From: Octopus sinensis
Taxonomy: Eukaryota
Assembly: GCF_006345805.1 (NCBI RefSeq)
Contig: NC_043015.1
Span: forward strand, 11,470,001 to 11,534,000
Direction of reading: 5' to 3'
DNA: 64,000 nucleotides
Part shown: piece after piece, positions 12,798 through 25,839 of the stretch
Layout of the letters: each line of letters begins with the position of its first letter
Position numbering within the stretch: position 1 is the stretch's first letter
Program-made: the position numbers and the translations under genes
The notes under the pieces: model-generated
What the model was told of the DNA's origin: nothing
What the model saw: the letters and a program-made list of their open reading frames with translations, nothing else
The model's database searches: none

Positions 12798-13627
12798 CAT
12801 AATATAATGGTAAGATCCAAGAACCATATGCACATATGGAAGACCTCATCACTTGCAGATGCTGTAATTAACCTGGGGGTCGCTGATATCTGCTGTCATT
12901 TCCTAGAATTGGTGCCTGCTACTAATGGCAAAAACCAATAATGAGGGGTGTTAGTTCCATCGAATCAGTTGGTAAATTATATAAACAGTGTCCAGAACAT
13001 GCTGATGCAACGCTATTCAGTTCATCCGAGTCCAAAAGCATGGCTTCAACTGATGTGAGACATAATAGGGCGCAATAAAAATAGATTCAAAACGATAATC
13101 TGGGTACTTCTAAGCAAATTATCCCACAAAAAACTGCTAAAAGCATATTGATGATAGCTGAATGCTTTCGAAACTTTGATGTTTGAGGGACTTCTCAGAC
13201 AGATGCAAGTAGTGGGAATCAAATGTCCATACGGTATAAAGCTGTAAAAACAATTTCAAATTTTTTGGAGTCGTCAATATGTTCATTTTGAGCATATGCC
13301 GAGAGACACATCTAGGAGGATCATATTACTACCGCAACTTTGCTTTGAAACATAGCGATAAGAAGATACTTCAAGCATTTCCCCAAATTGTTTTCAATAA
13401 TGTTATATATTTCTTATCCCTTAATTTCATATTTTATATATGCATTCATATATTTCTTGAGGCTGAGTTGCTGTGCAGAATCCGCTGAATGTGTATCTTG
13501 TGGAAGAAAATATTTTGTGGTTTAGGGTTTAGGAATCTTTATATCTTCAGTTCAGATAAAGGCTAGATCAACTTTATTATTCATTCTTTCCCAGTCTGCA
13601 ATACTGAGATCGATAAAGAAATACAAA

Positions 13628-13820
13628 TCGGCGAGCTGGCAGAATCGTTATCATGCAGCATTTCGTCCGTCCTTACTTTTTGAGTTCAAATTCAGCCGAG
13701 GTTGATTTCGCCTGTCGTCATTTCAGAGTTGATAAAATATGTACCAGTTAAGTACTGGGGTCGATGTACGAGTAATAGACTTTCTCCCTCCCCCGACGTT
13801 ACTGGCATTGGGCCAAAATT
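13628..13820 (+). mobile_element. Family A SINE
   Basis: ggcgagctggcagaatcgtt...gagttcaaattcagccgagg...gataaaatatgtaccagttaagtactggggtcgatgta. Confidence 0.8.
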
Positions 13821-14384
13821 TCAAATCGATCTCGGAAGAGCAGACACAGAAGGGTCACAGTTCAACGGCTGAAACTAGAATATTAGTATTTTACAATGTT
13901 ACACACCGGTGTTATCTTTATTTTTTCTTCTCTCTCAGAAAAAAGCCTTTTCTACATTTTATATTCTGACTTATTTTCTTCATTTTTCGTTTGTTTATAC
14001 TCATTTTATTCGCTTTATGTTTCTATTTTTTTCTGAGATTCTGTCTAATCACTATGCCACCGTCTTGAATTCCATTCTTTCTTCACTTTTCTGCGATATT
14101 TTCACTTTTTGGTCTTTTTCTTTCTATTGACCTGGTTTCATCGCGAAAAAAATCATTGTCCATCTTACATTCTCGTATTTTTTTCCCGTTTCTATTCACC
14201 ATATTTTTTCATTATTTTCTTCGCAATTTTAGTTTTCCTCATTGTTTTCATATTTTCCTTCATCTCACGTATGACTTTGTTTTCATTCATTCTTTCATTT
14301 TTTCATTTCTCAATATCTTCATTCTGTTGTCTACGTCTCTGCTTGCATTTTCATTTCGAATAACCCTTCCTCTATTTCATCTGC

Positions 14385-14750
14385 AACAACTTCTGCTTCT
14401 TCTTCTCTCTTCTTCTTCGACCCCCTCCTCTCCTTCCTCTTCTGCTTTTTCTTCTTCTTACTCTTCTTCTTCTTCTTCTTCCTCCTCCTCCTCCTCTCCT
14501 TTTCTTCTTCTTCTTCTTCCTCCTCCTACTCTTCTTTTTCCTCCTACTCTTCTTTTTCCTCCTACTCTTCTTCTTCCTCCTACTCTTCTTCTTTCTCCTC
14601 TTTTCCTCCTTCTCTTCCTCCTCCACTTCTTCTACTTCATCCTCCCCTCCTTCCTCTTCTTCTTTTTCTTCTTCGTCTTCTCCGCCTTTTTCTACTACTA
14701 CTACTACTACCAGTCTTTCTTTTCAGTTCCTACTTCTACACTTCTTCTTT
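14385..14750. repeat. Polypyrimidine (CTT/CCT)n tract with 18-bp sub-repeat and (CTA)n
   Basis: Almost pure C/T strand; about four tandem copies of tcctcctactcttcttt(t/c) at ~14520-14590. Confidence 0.9.
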
Positions 14751-16519
14751 CTCCAAATGTCAACAGCCCCTTCATCTCTTTGTCAAATTTCTCTTCAGTT
14801 CAAACATGCTCGCTGTTTTGCTCAGTCATTTGTGATCATATTCGTTGCTTTTTCTTGTTGTTATTGTTGTTGTTGTTGTTATTGTTGTTTTTTTGTCTTC
14901 TATCACATACATTTCCTTCAGCTTTATCTTAAGTCTTCCCTTACAACACTGTAATTATTTCTTCTATTAATATTGTCATAAATCAATGCTTATCTGTGAC
15001 ATTTAATTTCAAAGTTTTTTCTTTTGTTTCTTTTTTTCATTTCCTGTTTCTTGTACATTTGATTCACAAACTTTTGTTATATAAATCTTTTTATGTATTT
15101 ATTTTTGTTCATATAACTTACTCGAGCCTCCATTGCAGTCTCAATTAAACGTTGTTATTCTCATTTACATTCTAGTTTAAATAATTTTCTTTTAAATTTT
15201 AATTTTTTTTATCCATTTTCATCATCTGTGTCTTTTTATTTCTACCTATCAATCTATCTGGCTGTTTTTTTTTTCCATGAACGCAATAAATTTCCAATTG
15301 TCATTGCTTTCTAATTTCTTTACTAGTTACCAATCTATCAATATTTGCTATTAATTATTTACGGTATATATTATTCTTAGTCTCGCCTATGTTGGCGTTG
15401 GAGTTATTTGTTTAATTATTCTCAATTCTATATTTAACATTCTTCGCTTTTATAAGAACGTCAAGGAACGTTAGGTGCTAGCTTTTCTACTTGATGCAAT
15501 GGATGTTTCCCATTGTCTGTGCTGACTGCAGCTTGAAGAATGGTCACTTCTGTGAATGAAGACAGAGAAATTTCATTTATCGACTGAAGAAACGTACTTT
15601 TATTTTGCCTGAGGCCTAACATTTGATTGCTGCTGGCTTTGTTCTTTTACTTCTCTGCAGAATGCTTTTAGATTTTTATTCACATATGAAACGCCGAGGT
15701 CTTGGAAATTGGATGCTAAGATATACGGGTTTCTAATCAGCACTTAAAAGTCTTGGTATTTTAGTGGCTTTTGCGAGGTTATGAGACGTGTTATGGACAT
15801 AGAGATGCCAGTCGAAAGCATATCACCGTTTATAAGGATGGCGAACGGATGAATACCGATGTAATTAACAAAACGTTCAATAACAATGTACCGAAATAAA
15901 ACTCAACGGGTATAAAGCAAAAAGCTAAACACAGGATAGAGCACACTTCCTGTGAAAAATCCATTATTCCGAGCGAAGATTAATGAGATATTTATGAAAA
16001 TATTTATGAAAACGAGCAAATAAACTGCGGAATGTGACTAGCTCCCAATCTGAACCAAACATTTTCTACACATTATGCACAAAGAATATCCAAGCAGAAA
16101 GAAAATTGGACCACATTTCAATACCATCTATCTCAAGCATCTAAAATGTGTCCTCCCTCACAAGCACAACGTTACACAATAACTCCTCACACAAGATATT
16201 AGTAGAACCTCTAGCGCTAGACAACGTATGGCGCCAGTATTGTGGAGCATGGTTACGAATTCAGAGTGTCAAGGTTAAAGCAATTGCTGTTAACTGTTTA
16301 TATAAATGGCATTTTAATTTATTGTCATATCATACATTTCTTATTTCTGCTTAAACTTTTGTTGTACTTTACGTCAAATTATATATCATACAACCTCTTC
16401 CACTCCTCTAATCATACTTGCGTAACTCTTCTCAGTCTCAGCCGAAGTATTTTGCAATCCCCTTGTTTAATGTTTCTTTCTTCTTTTCTGAGCCAGTCTG
16501 AGACTTGGTGTGTGATAAA

Positions 16520-16810
16520 GAGAAAGTATTAAGATGTTTCATGCCTTTTTAGTGTATTCGTCTTTTCAAATCTTTAGGAACAGTTCCTAATGCACATATA
16601 ACTACAAGGATACATTTTACCCGCACTTTCCACAACGTCTGTAACTCAGTGGCTAAGTGCTGGTCCATCGTTATTTTCTTTATACATCTCCTATTGACTT
16701 CCCCATCATTCGGGACAGTAAAGTCAATTAGCTGACACTTTCTATTATCTTTGTCTCCAACTCCTAAAATAGGCCTGCTTAATCTACCTGGCACTTTTGC
16801 CGAACCGCGA
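16520..16810 (-). mobile_element. RLE-type (R4/Dong-like) non-LTR retrotransposon C-terminal fragment
   Basis: RPILGVGDKDNRKCQLIDFTVPND...LATELQTLWKVRVKCILVVICALGTVPK resembles the restriction-like endonuclease tail (RPD..ID..VP.D..K..L..E...LW...P.V.GALG). Confidence 0.75.
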
Positions 16811-18534
16811 AGTTATTACATGTACATAAAAGCATGATGTGTGTGCCTGTGTGTGTGTATTTGTGTATGTGGTGTGCGTGCGTGCATGTATGTGCCTCTC
16901 TGTGTGCATGTTTCACTCGACAATAGAAATGTAGATGCAAAGGATTATCTACAATGTGTCTTTTCGAAGTTTTACTAACGCTATATTCCCACGTAACCAA
17001 GCCTACATCAGTAAGTTGTCTTTTCATTTGTTTCTCGTCTTTTAAAAATCAGAACACCTTTTGTTCACTAACTTAATATAATTCTGACTGGATTTTAAAG
17101 AAATAGTACTAAGCTCATAGCAGTCTTTATTTACTATCAATGCTGACATTGAGAGCAAAAACATTAATATCGATATTTACAGTTCTGTTACGTCTCTAAG
17201 TTTTCTTCAAAAACGTTAGTAATCTCTTTTCATTTGATCTTTGAATTAAAATCAAGATTTTTCTCTGACGTTGTGAAAAAACTCATGAAGAACGTTCGAA
17301 CGCTATATGAAGGGGTGAACAAAATATTAGGACGAATCCCAACCAAACATAACACATTTTCACGACTAAATAGCTACGACAAGAGATATATGTCTCCGGT
17401 CGGAAAACCGTTGTCTCAGATATCAAACGTTATCTAAATAGTTGTGGGTTGCGCCTCTAAAAGGCATTCTGTCAAAAACTACTATAGAGACCGATAAACT
17501 TTTTTTAAAAGAGCGGCATTGCTATCACCACCACAGAACAACTTACATATATATCCGCATATCTCAAAAAAGGATGGCCGAAGAATACATACAGTTTTAA
17601 GACTATACGTATTCTTTTTTCTGGTACCTCCGAGCTTTCCATTATAACAGACTTTCCTTTGACGAGAATAGGGAAAATATCAATCACTCTGAATGTAAAA
17701 ATTATTGACGAAATCGCAAGAGACTATACCAAAAGGTTTGGCAACATGTAACTGAGTACAATACCAGTTTCTGAACGATTGTGCTTACTCAGAACACTGC
17801 CAACGCCATCCAGTTATATTACGTGAATTCAGAGAAACAAGAATTCTATGCTACCAAATTGGACAGTTAAATAAAATTACAAGGTGTATTTTTTTATTCT
17901 TTTACACGTTTCAGTCATTTAACTGCGACCATGCTGGAGCAACCAGCAACCACATGGTGAAAACGAACAAAAATATACGTAGTTTCTACTCTAAATTCTG
18001 TGAAGTAATTAAAAGTCCTGAAGCAGGAAGTCAAGACTCAGAATGAAAAATCTCTTATCGGTAATCATAATAGAACGAGTCAGCACGAGCCGCGTGTTTA
18101 CTTCTAATCAATTATCTCTAGAGAGGACGATGGAGAGATCGCTAAGATGGGCGATGGAGAGATCCCTAAGGAGATGACATATATTAAGTTCTTTATGGAA
18201 AGTTCATCCACCGGAAACCGAGTCTAAGATTTAAGAATTGTGTTATATTCTCCTTGAAGGCATGGAAAATATGGAAGGTCACTTGGAAAAGTGATTCTCG
18301 TCATCGCCATCTATAGAGAAAACCAGTAAATAAACGAGTGAGTATTTTCGAAAATTTCCGCATGTTTTCTTACAAAATTTAATCGAGATAATAGAAAAGG
18401 CATCGCTAGTGTAGTGAAAAGAGGAAGCAATTTCTTCGATATCGAAGGACGTGTATATTTGTCAAGAAATGGACTTATTAGTCACCAGCAGAGTTACAAG
18501 TGTTAAGGATGAATAATTTGTCAGAGTTCACAAT

Positions 18535-18596
<62 letters not shown>

Positions 18597-18607
18597 ATAT
18601 ATATATA

Positions 18608-18737
18608 TATAAAAATACAAAATAGGGCAAGAACGCAAAACATTCAAACAGACGACGCAAAAAATCGGACGGGTCATTCGAAGCCACTAATCTTCAGTCA
18701 AGAACCGGATCATCCTCGCAATTTCGGCTGATATATA
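18608..18737 (-). mobile_element. Short terminal fragment of the same family as 1085-1367, between (TA)n tracts
   Basis: Reverse complement atcagccgaaattgcgaggatgatccggttcttgactgaagattagtggcttcgaatgacccgtcc...ttttgcgttcttgccctattttgtattttt(at)n. Confidence 0.6.
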
Positions 18738-18880
18738 TACAGAGAGAGAGAGAGAGAGAGATAAACATCAAACAGACACTCACTCTGACGGAAATATGCC
18801 TTAGTAAAAAAGGAAAAAAATTCTTTCGTGCAAATCTGACCCTGATACACACGATACAGCTAAGGGTCAGACCCGATTCT

Positions 18881-19370
18881 GATTGGTCAACAAGTTGATG
18901 ACGTCTAGCTCTGCTAGAATGGACAGGATACAAACAGGGGACAGTCATTAGTCAGAATATTGATGACGTCCTTTTCTGCTTGAATAGTCACCTAACAAGT
19001 ACAGACAGGGGGCAGATCTAATGTAGCTATAAGTCGTGATTGGGCAGAATCTGGATGACGTCCCGCTCTGCATGACTAACGAAGCGACTGGTCAAAACAG
19101 GAAACAAACAAGAGGCAGATATAATGCAGCGATTGGTCAAAATAATGATGATGTCCCGTTCTACTTGACTAACGAAGCGACTGGTCAAAACAGGAAACAA
19201 ACAAGAGGGAGTTATAATGCAGCGATTGGTCAAAATAATGATGACGTCCCGTTCTACTTGATTAAAGCCACCTAACGAAACGATTGGTCAAAACATTGAT
19301 GACGTCACGCTACGCTAGATTGACCACCTAACAGGCATTATAAAACCGAGCATTTCACAAAAACTCACTA
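18881..19370 (+). promoter_or_regulatory. Six CCAAT(ATTGG)-N12-CRE(TGACGTC) modules, TATA box and Inr-like motif; probable retroelement pLTR/LTR promoter
   Basis: ATTGG at 18882, 18947 (ATTAG), 19039, 19132, 19225 and 19283, each followed after exactly 12 nt by TGACGTC (TGATGTC in module 4, full TGACGTCA in module 6). TATAAAA at 19339-19345; TCACT at 19365-19369 with its A 28 nt after the first T of TATA. Confidence 0.65.
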
Positions 19371-19862
19371 GAACCACCCAGCGAACTTCCACCATGGGTC
19401 ATCACAATTGCTTATGGTAAAAATGAATTCCTCGCTCTTTCGGAAACATCAATCTTCTGTATTGACCGCTTTCCACCACTTTGATCTGTTTTTTGTATTG
19501 AATACGTATCGCCACCGTGGGCCACTGCATCGAACACTTTGAACATATACTTCAAACTATATATCAACTATACATGAACTATATATCAACTATACATGAA
19601 CTCTAAGATGTCTGACTCCGTTGTGTATTATAAATGAATTTCTTGTGTTTGACGGCATGAGCTGTCTTTTTTTATATATAACTTTTTTTGATAAGGTTTA
19701 TTTCAGGAACTGAAACATGTTATAATGTATATATAAAAATTAAAAATTGTATAATACAGCAGCATTTTCGAACTTCATTTTTTACAAATATATATATATA
19801 TATATATATACATATACTTATATATATTTCTACGTATATATATACATATATATTTAAATGTG

Positions 19863-19927
<65 letters not shown>

Positions 19928-19928
19928 A

Positions 19929-19971
<43 letters not shown>

Positions 19972-19995
19972 TATATATATATACATACATACATA

Positions 19996-20614
19996 TACGA
20001 GATGGTATGAAATAAGTCCCGAATTCCCAGACTAATTGTAATGATTAAAAAAAAACAAATTTTTCGAAGTTTTAAGAGCATCTCTTCGTAAGCGAATCGA
20101 GGACCTTCTGCGATTCACCCTTGATGTCCACAACGGTGTTTAAATGTAGACCTTTGAGCTGTATTTTCATCTCGTGGAAAAGATGGAAGTCTGAAGGTGA
20201 CAAATCTGCTGGATAGAGGTGGGTGTTTGGCAAGAAACCCACGAGTGATAAGAGCTCGACAAGAGGGTGGATTGTCGTCGTGAACAGTCCACTCAAAACA
20301 TTTCGTACCACCCATTGCCTCATCGCCGTAAGCTTACCCAAACAAATTCAATCTCTCTGTAGCAAACTTCCCTAGTTTAGCGCAAAATTTTACGTTGGTT
20401 CTTTTTTCCTGTCTCTGACAAACATCGCAGACTACAGCGTACATGAGATCAAAAATAAAAAATTTTACTACTTGCAAAGTAAACACAGCGATGTCACTAG
20501 GTACACTACCTCATTATGGTCGCTGCAAGCACTTGTTGAGCACGCAATGGTGTACTACCATCTGTTGGTGCGCTACAGAACTACTCCGTGAACTTTTTTA
20601 TATCACCACTTGTA
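19996..20614 (-). mobile_element. Internally deleted mariner (Tc1/mariner) element
   Basis: WTVHDDNPPSCRALITRGFLAK and HLYPADLSPSDFHLFHEMKIQLKG correspond to mariner HDNA and YSPDL motifs. Imperfect TIRs tacgagatggtatgaaataagtcccg / ccgtgaacttttttatatcaccacttgta. Confidence 0.85.
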
Positions 20615-20694
20615 CATAAATTTTTGAGCGTGTGTGTGTGTATAGATAGACATAGATATATATATACACACGTGCATATATACATACATATATA

Positions 20695-20727
<33 letters not shown>

Positions 20728-20732
<5 letters not shown>

Positions 20733-21023
20733 CCTGATCACCGTGACCGACCAAGCTATCAGATGTTGCTACACATCGCTGGTCACAATGCACTTCGCAT
20801 TGTTTTAGCCTTCAAATGACGCCACCCCGCTGGCTAAGCCAGAGACCAACAGAAGAAAGAGTGAGAAAAATTTGTGGCGAAAGAGTACAGCTGGGATCGC
20901 CCTCTGCCGAAGCGTTTTGGTGTTTTCGCTCGATAAGTACTCACAACGCCCGGTCTAGGAATCGAAACCGCCTATCCTACAACTACGAGTCCGCTGCCCT
21001 AACCGCTGGGCCATTGCGCCTCC
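20728..21023 (-). mobile_element. tRNA-headed SINE, family C, with RTE-derived 3' tail
   Basis: Reverse complement has A-box TGGCCCAGCGG and B-box-like GGTTTCGATTCC. Tail tgtgaccagcgatgtgtagcaacatctgatagcttggtcggtcacggtgatcagggtgat matches the RTE 3' end at 7594-7645. Confidence 0.88.
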
Positions 21024-21153
21024 ACACACACACATATATATATATATAATGGAAATATGTTATAAAAAGAAAATAGAAACTACACGCGGTAATGTAAGGG
21101 GAAAGTAAGAAAAAAATAAACGAAAATGCACATTGGAAATCAAAAAGAGTATG

Positions 21154-21292
<139 letters not shown>

Positions 21293-21329
21293 TACGTTTG
21301 AGATCGTGCGCCGATAAAAAAAACTATTG

Positions 21330-21570
21330 CACCGTGCAAGGTGTTTAAAATACTCAATAAACTGTTAAATTCACTTCAACATTTAAATCTAATTTGTATC
21401 AGAAACGCAACCTGTTCACTGAAAAACGTCGTGTGTTGTCAGTAAACAGGTCATGGATTCTTCAAGGTGATGAGAATATTTTGACACAACTTAAATTTCT
21501 AAGTTGAAGTGTAGTGAACCTAACAGGATTTTGTGTGTTTTTAAATGGCTTATAAACACCTTCCACGCTG
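21330..21570. mobile_element. Palindromic MITE (diverged)
   Basis: Ends caccgtgcaaggtgtttaaaa / ttataaacaccttccacgctg are inverted, with internal inverted segments (ttcacttcaac / gttgaagtgtagtgaa; acctgttcactga / tcagtaaacaggt). Related copy at 37389. Confidence 0.75.
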
Positions 21571-21586
21571 AAATTGAATATATATA

Positions 21587-21984
21587 TCTTTATATATAAA
21601 AGTCAAGTTGTGTGTCTGTCTCCTACGATTTAGATTTCTAACTACTCCCACATTTTGCGGTGCAGTTTAACCAAAACCGGGTATCTTATAGTCGTGATTC
21701 ATATCGAGCCCTTCTGGGTATTAGCGCGCGTCTACGATGAGTCTACGATTTAAAAAAAATTTACCATCATTCTTTTCCATTTTAATGCATTTTTCGCTAT
21801 TATATAAGGGAAGTAACTCTCTAAAAATGTCTACGATGAGTCAACTATTTAAAAAAAAAATTACCATAATTTTTTTTTCCATTTTAATGCATTTTTTGCT
21901 GTTTTTTTTTGGCTATAACTCTCTAAAAAGGCTTATATAGTTATTTCCCTTACAAACCCGAGCAACGCCGGGCGATACTGCTAG
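21587..21984 (+). mobile_element. Non-autonomous Helitron (398 bp)
   Basis: A|TC 5' end, subterminal hairpin cccgagcaacgccggg, CTAG|T 3' end, no TSD. Internal ~98-bp tandem duplication at ~21731-21930. Confidence 0.88.
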
Positions 21985-22013
21985 TATATGTATAAATATA
22001 TACATTATATATT

Positions 22014-22848
22014 TATGAAGAGGTATTTAAAAGTAACTGGAGAGACACTTGATGTGACCTTGAGGCATCAGTCTACCGACCAGCGCTTTTCTAGTAGGTA
22101 GTACTGTCACGTGTTGCGTGTTTATTTTATAGTTCTCCTCCTCTGTTCATCGATTTTTGCGATAGCCGAAACGAAGGAACAGCGTGCTTTGGTGGAATTC
22201 TGTTTTCTGCTGGGGAAAAATGTAGCCGAAACAGTTGTCATGCTGCAAATAGCTTGCAAGAATGTTGCCATATGCACAACACATGTTTACGAGTGGATTT
22301 CCCGATTTAGGAATGATCACTTGTACTTCAATGTGACAGTCGACCTCCCGAACGAATGAAAACACGAAAATTCATGAACTGAAGGACAGTCACTGAATAA
22401 TTGAGGACATTGTTGATATGACTGACGTGTCCTGGAGCTCCTCCGAACGAATTTTGAACAAGGAATTGCGAATGAAAACAGTTACAGCTAAATTTGTACC
22501 TCGCTTTCTCACGGATGATCAAAAGCAGTCATGAATCTATGCGTGTCGTGAACTAAAAGAACAGTTGGAAGTTGATCTGAACCTCTTTTGAAGGTCATCA
22601 CTGGTGACGACAGGAGGTGCTACGGAATTTGCAGATGTGAAAGAGGTGAAGAAAAAAGCGACAGAGGTGTTCAAAGGCATCACATCACAAAAATCCCTGC
22701 ACCGCTTCCAACAGTGGAACATACGTCTGAACCGATGAATTGCTTCAAATAGAGAATAATCTGCAGGCAATGAAAGTGTCATATTGTAAAACTGATTGAA
22801 TAAAGCCATATTGTTAAATTCCGGTTTCTTATGGATACCCCACCTATA
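22014..22848 (+). mobile_element. Degenerate, internally deleted mariner element
   Basis: EQRALVEFCFLLGKNVAETVVMLQIACKNVAICTTHVYEWISRFRN is a mariner N-terminal HTH region; downstream residues resemble VTAKFVPR and ITGD; imperfect TIRs at both ends. Confidence 0.85.
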
Positions 22849-22921
22849 TATTATATACGTATATATACATATCTATAACAGACACATTATATATGTACTA
22901 TATACATTTATATACAAATAT

Positions 22922-22967
<46 letters not shown>

Positions 22968-23010
22968 TATATATATATATACATCATATATACATACATA
23001 TATATACATT

Positions 23011-23046
<36 letters not shown>

Positions 23047-23162
23047 GTTTATATTATATAGAGGGTACTATTATTCATAGGTACCGCACGCTAGGAGGGA
23101 GTCTTGCAGTCAAACCTACTAAAATAAACAAATTGTACCGAATCCATATATATGTATATATA

Positions 23163-23265
<103 letters not shown>

Positions 23266-23430
23266 ATACATATATACACACACGATTGATTTGTAAATAC
23301 ATATACATATGCGCATGTAAATATATACAGCAAGACAAGAAGCGGAGAAAAAGAAAGTGAAATAAATGGAGAGAAATGTGTACATAGAGAGAAAGAGCGA
23401 AAGAGAGAGAGAGTGAGAGATAGAGAGAGT

Positions 23431-23474
<44 letters not shown>

Positions 23475-25499
23475 AAGACAGAGACGGACAAACGAGAGGA
23501 AAATGTACGAACAGATAATTCGGCCTCCTTTCTATGTATGTAGTAAAACACCTGGGCCATGAAATAATTATTCAGCTTTCTTTTTTAACAAACGAGTTGA
23601 ATAACTTGAAGCTGCAATTATTCTAATATTGGTTTTTCTATTATAAACAGCTCCATGTGTCCACGACGGCACTAGCCGTCTATCTACTATACTGGCAGAC
23701 AGCGACACGCTTGAAGTTAGAATCTGTTTAAATCAACTCTTAAGCGATTCCTTGGCAGACATACTGACATGAACTGTCAACGTCTCAACATGGCGCCAGA
23801 AATTGCGATGCAATGGGCATCAAATTAGAGGTTTTTACGAAGCATATAGCAATGCGAAAACATCATCAAAATTCTGACTGGAATAATAATAGTGTTTTGA
23901 GACGAAACAGAAAAATAAAACAGAAGCGGTGACAAATAACATAAAAATAGAAGTAAAAATCTCCGACTGATAAGCATTTACATTACTTACTAAATAACCG
24001 TCTCTTTTGGACAGTTACAATAAGGTAGAAATAGTTATTTCTTCACTAATTACTCGTCGTAGAAACAGTACTGCTAAATTATATGTTCTTGAAATGTTAG
24101 TTTGAATAATTTTCTTGTCATTGCTATAGATTTTTCTCTCTATGTATCCTGTCTATTGATATTAACATGTACATGATATTTCACGCTGGTTCGTGGTGGG
24201 AACATCTCCAATGTAATAAGAGTACCACCAACTGGAAATAGTGTGGTTTCAATTGACCCACTTCTCTGTCCCATAGGTCAACAGCGATATTGCGAGTGGT
24301 TACTGTTCACTTTTAGAAGTCAGAAATAAAGCTTAAGTGAGATCGAATTCTAGTGCTCTTACTGCACAAAACACTATAATTTGCGGCAATATCAGCACTT
24401 TTGTCGTTAGCCATCGAAAACGGTTCGATGTGAAAGGTCGTTCGTTAATATTTTGTTCAGGGATTTTTGTGATTTTCTTAATTCTGTTCTCTGACATTTT
24501 ATTTCAAATTTAATTAGGGTTGATCTTAAATGCTTTTACAGTCACAGTAATACGCGATTTTAATTTAATTCTCAGTGATTATATACTAACTAGTAACAAA
24601 ATTTTAGAGTTTCGTAGCCTAAATCGTAACCCACAAGAGGGCTATGGAGCCTAGTATAATGTCAAGCGAAGTTTTTCAAAAATTTGAACCATTTAATTTT
24701 GGAGCAATATTTTTGTGAAAGAGCTATTTTATGTATTATTGTTATGCTTTTAATCTACAAACAGACAATGCAAGAAAATTATAAATAAAATTGACTAGAC
24801 CTTATAAATAAAATTGGCAGCACGTCCAATGACAATAACCAGCATACGCCACTGCTGCCGTATAGATGCTATACAGACTCTGAAAACTATAAGGAAACTC
24901 GTTATGTTGAAGGCAACAGCGATCTACCGAGATTCATTTAACTCAAACGAAATCTTTGGATTGCTACAAATCAGGATGCCCGCCCCACCCCCGTCCCAAA
25001 GAGAGTGGTTTAATATCCACGCTCTAGGATTTAACAGATAATGTACACGTTGTCTTGAATACAGTTCGTAAAGACCTGTACACTCTAGAACAGGATACCT
25101 TGACAAACTTCATAAGGTCTGCGTTCACCTCTGATATACGGTGGAAACTGTCGCTGATATCATATTTGTTTGAATCGTCCCTTAGCGGCGCTAACACTTT
25201 CTGGTCAACGCAGCTAGGATATGTTCACTTTGTTGTCATTGTCTTACAAAAGAGTAAAGGGAAAATCTGACATATACTTATTATACAATTTAGGTGAGCT
25301 TCTCTTCACTCGATTGCTCATAGCCGACCGTTGTTGCTGTTGCATCCTCCTCCTCTTTCTTCTTCTTCCAGTCAGAACTCACGCCATTAGCCACAAAGAG
25401 TAATCTCTAATTCGAGCCTACTCTAAGCTACTAAGAATGCATGTAGCAACTTGAAGATCCACCCACAACACTCGATAGACTGCCGGATGCACTGGCGCG

Positions 25500-25839
25500 A
25501 AAGCTACGTTGTTATCTTCATTCCGTAAACGGTGGCTTTTAACGGGTGGAGGGCTGAACCATCATGGAGTACAGAGGATTCGCAATCTAGACTAGGGTCT
25601 GAAAGTTTACCACAACATAGCGGGTTACACCATGGTTCTTCTGCTTTGTGGCAGAAGTAGGAAAAAATAGTGGAAGAAGAGTGGTGAAACAGTACAGCGG
25701 GGTTCACCACCCACGCCGGAGCCTCGTGGAGCTTAAGTGTTTCTGCTCAATAAAGACTCACAATGCCCGGTCTGGGAATCGAAACCGCGTTCTTACGACC
25801 GCGAGTCCGCTGCCCTAACCACTGGGCCATTGCGCCACC
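25500..25839 (-). mobile_element. tRNA-headed SINE, family C head with a different 3' tail
   Basis: Head ggtggcgcaatggcccagtggttagggcagcggactcgcggtcgtaagaacgcggtttcgattcccagaccgggc is nearly identical to the 20728 copy; the 3' half is unrelated. Confidence 0.8.

Noticed and set aside
14156-14932. 258-aa ORF, the longest in the track
   Set aside because: It is open only because the strand is almost pure C/T; the S/L/F/P low-complexity product has no domain signal.
19027-19310. CRISPR-like repeat-spacer reading of the modular repeats (also considered for 34508-34632)
   Set aside because: The context is eukaryotic, the spacers are homologous to one another, the repeats are degenerate and there are no cas genes.
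20940-21023. tRNA gene calls for the A/B-box sequences (also at 25760-25839, 37971-38040, 46554-46625)
   Set aside because: No complete cloverleaf, and each continues into a SINE body and tail.
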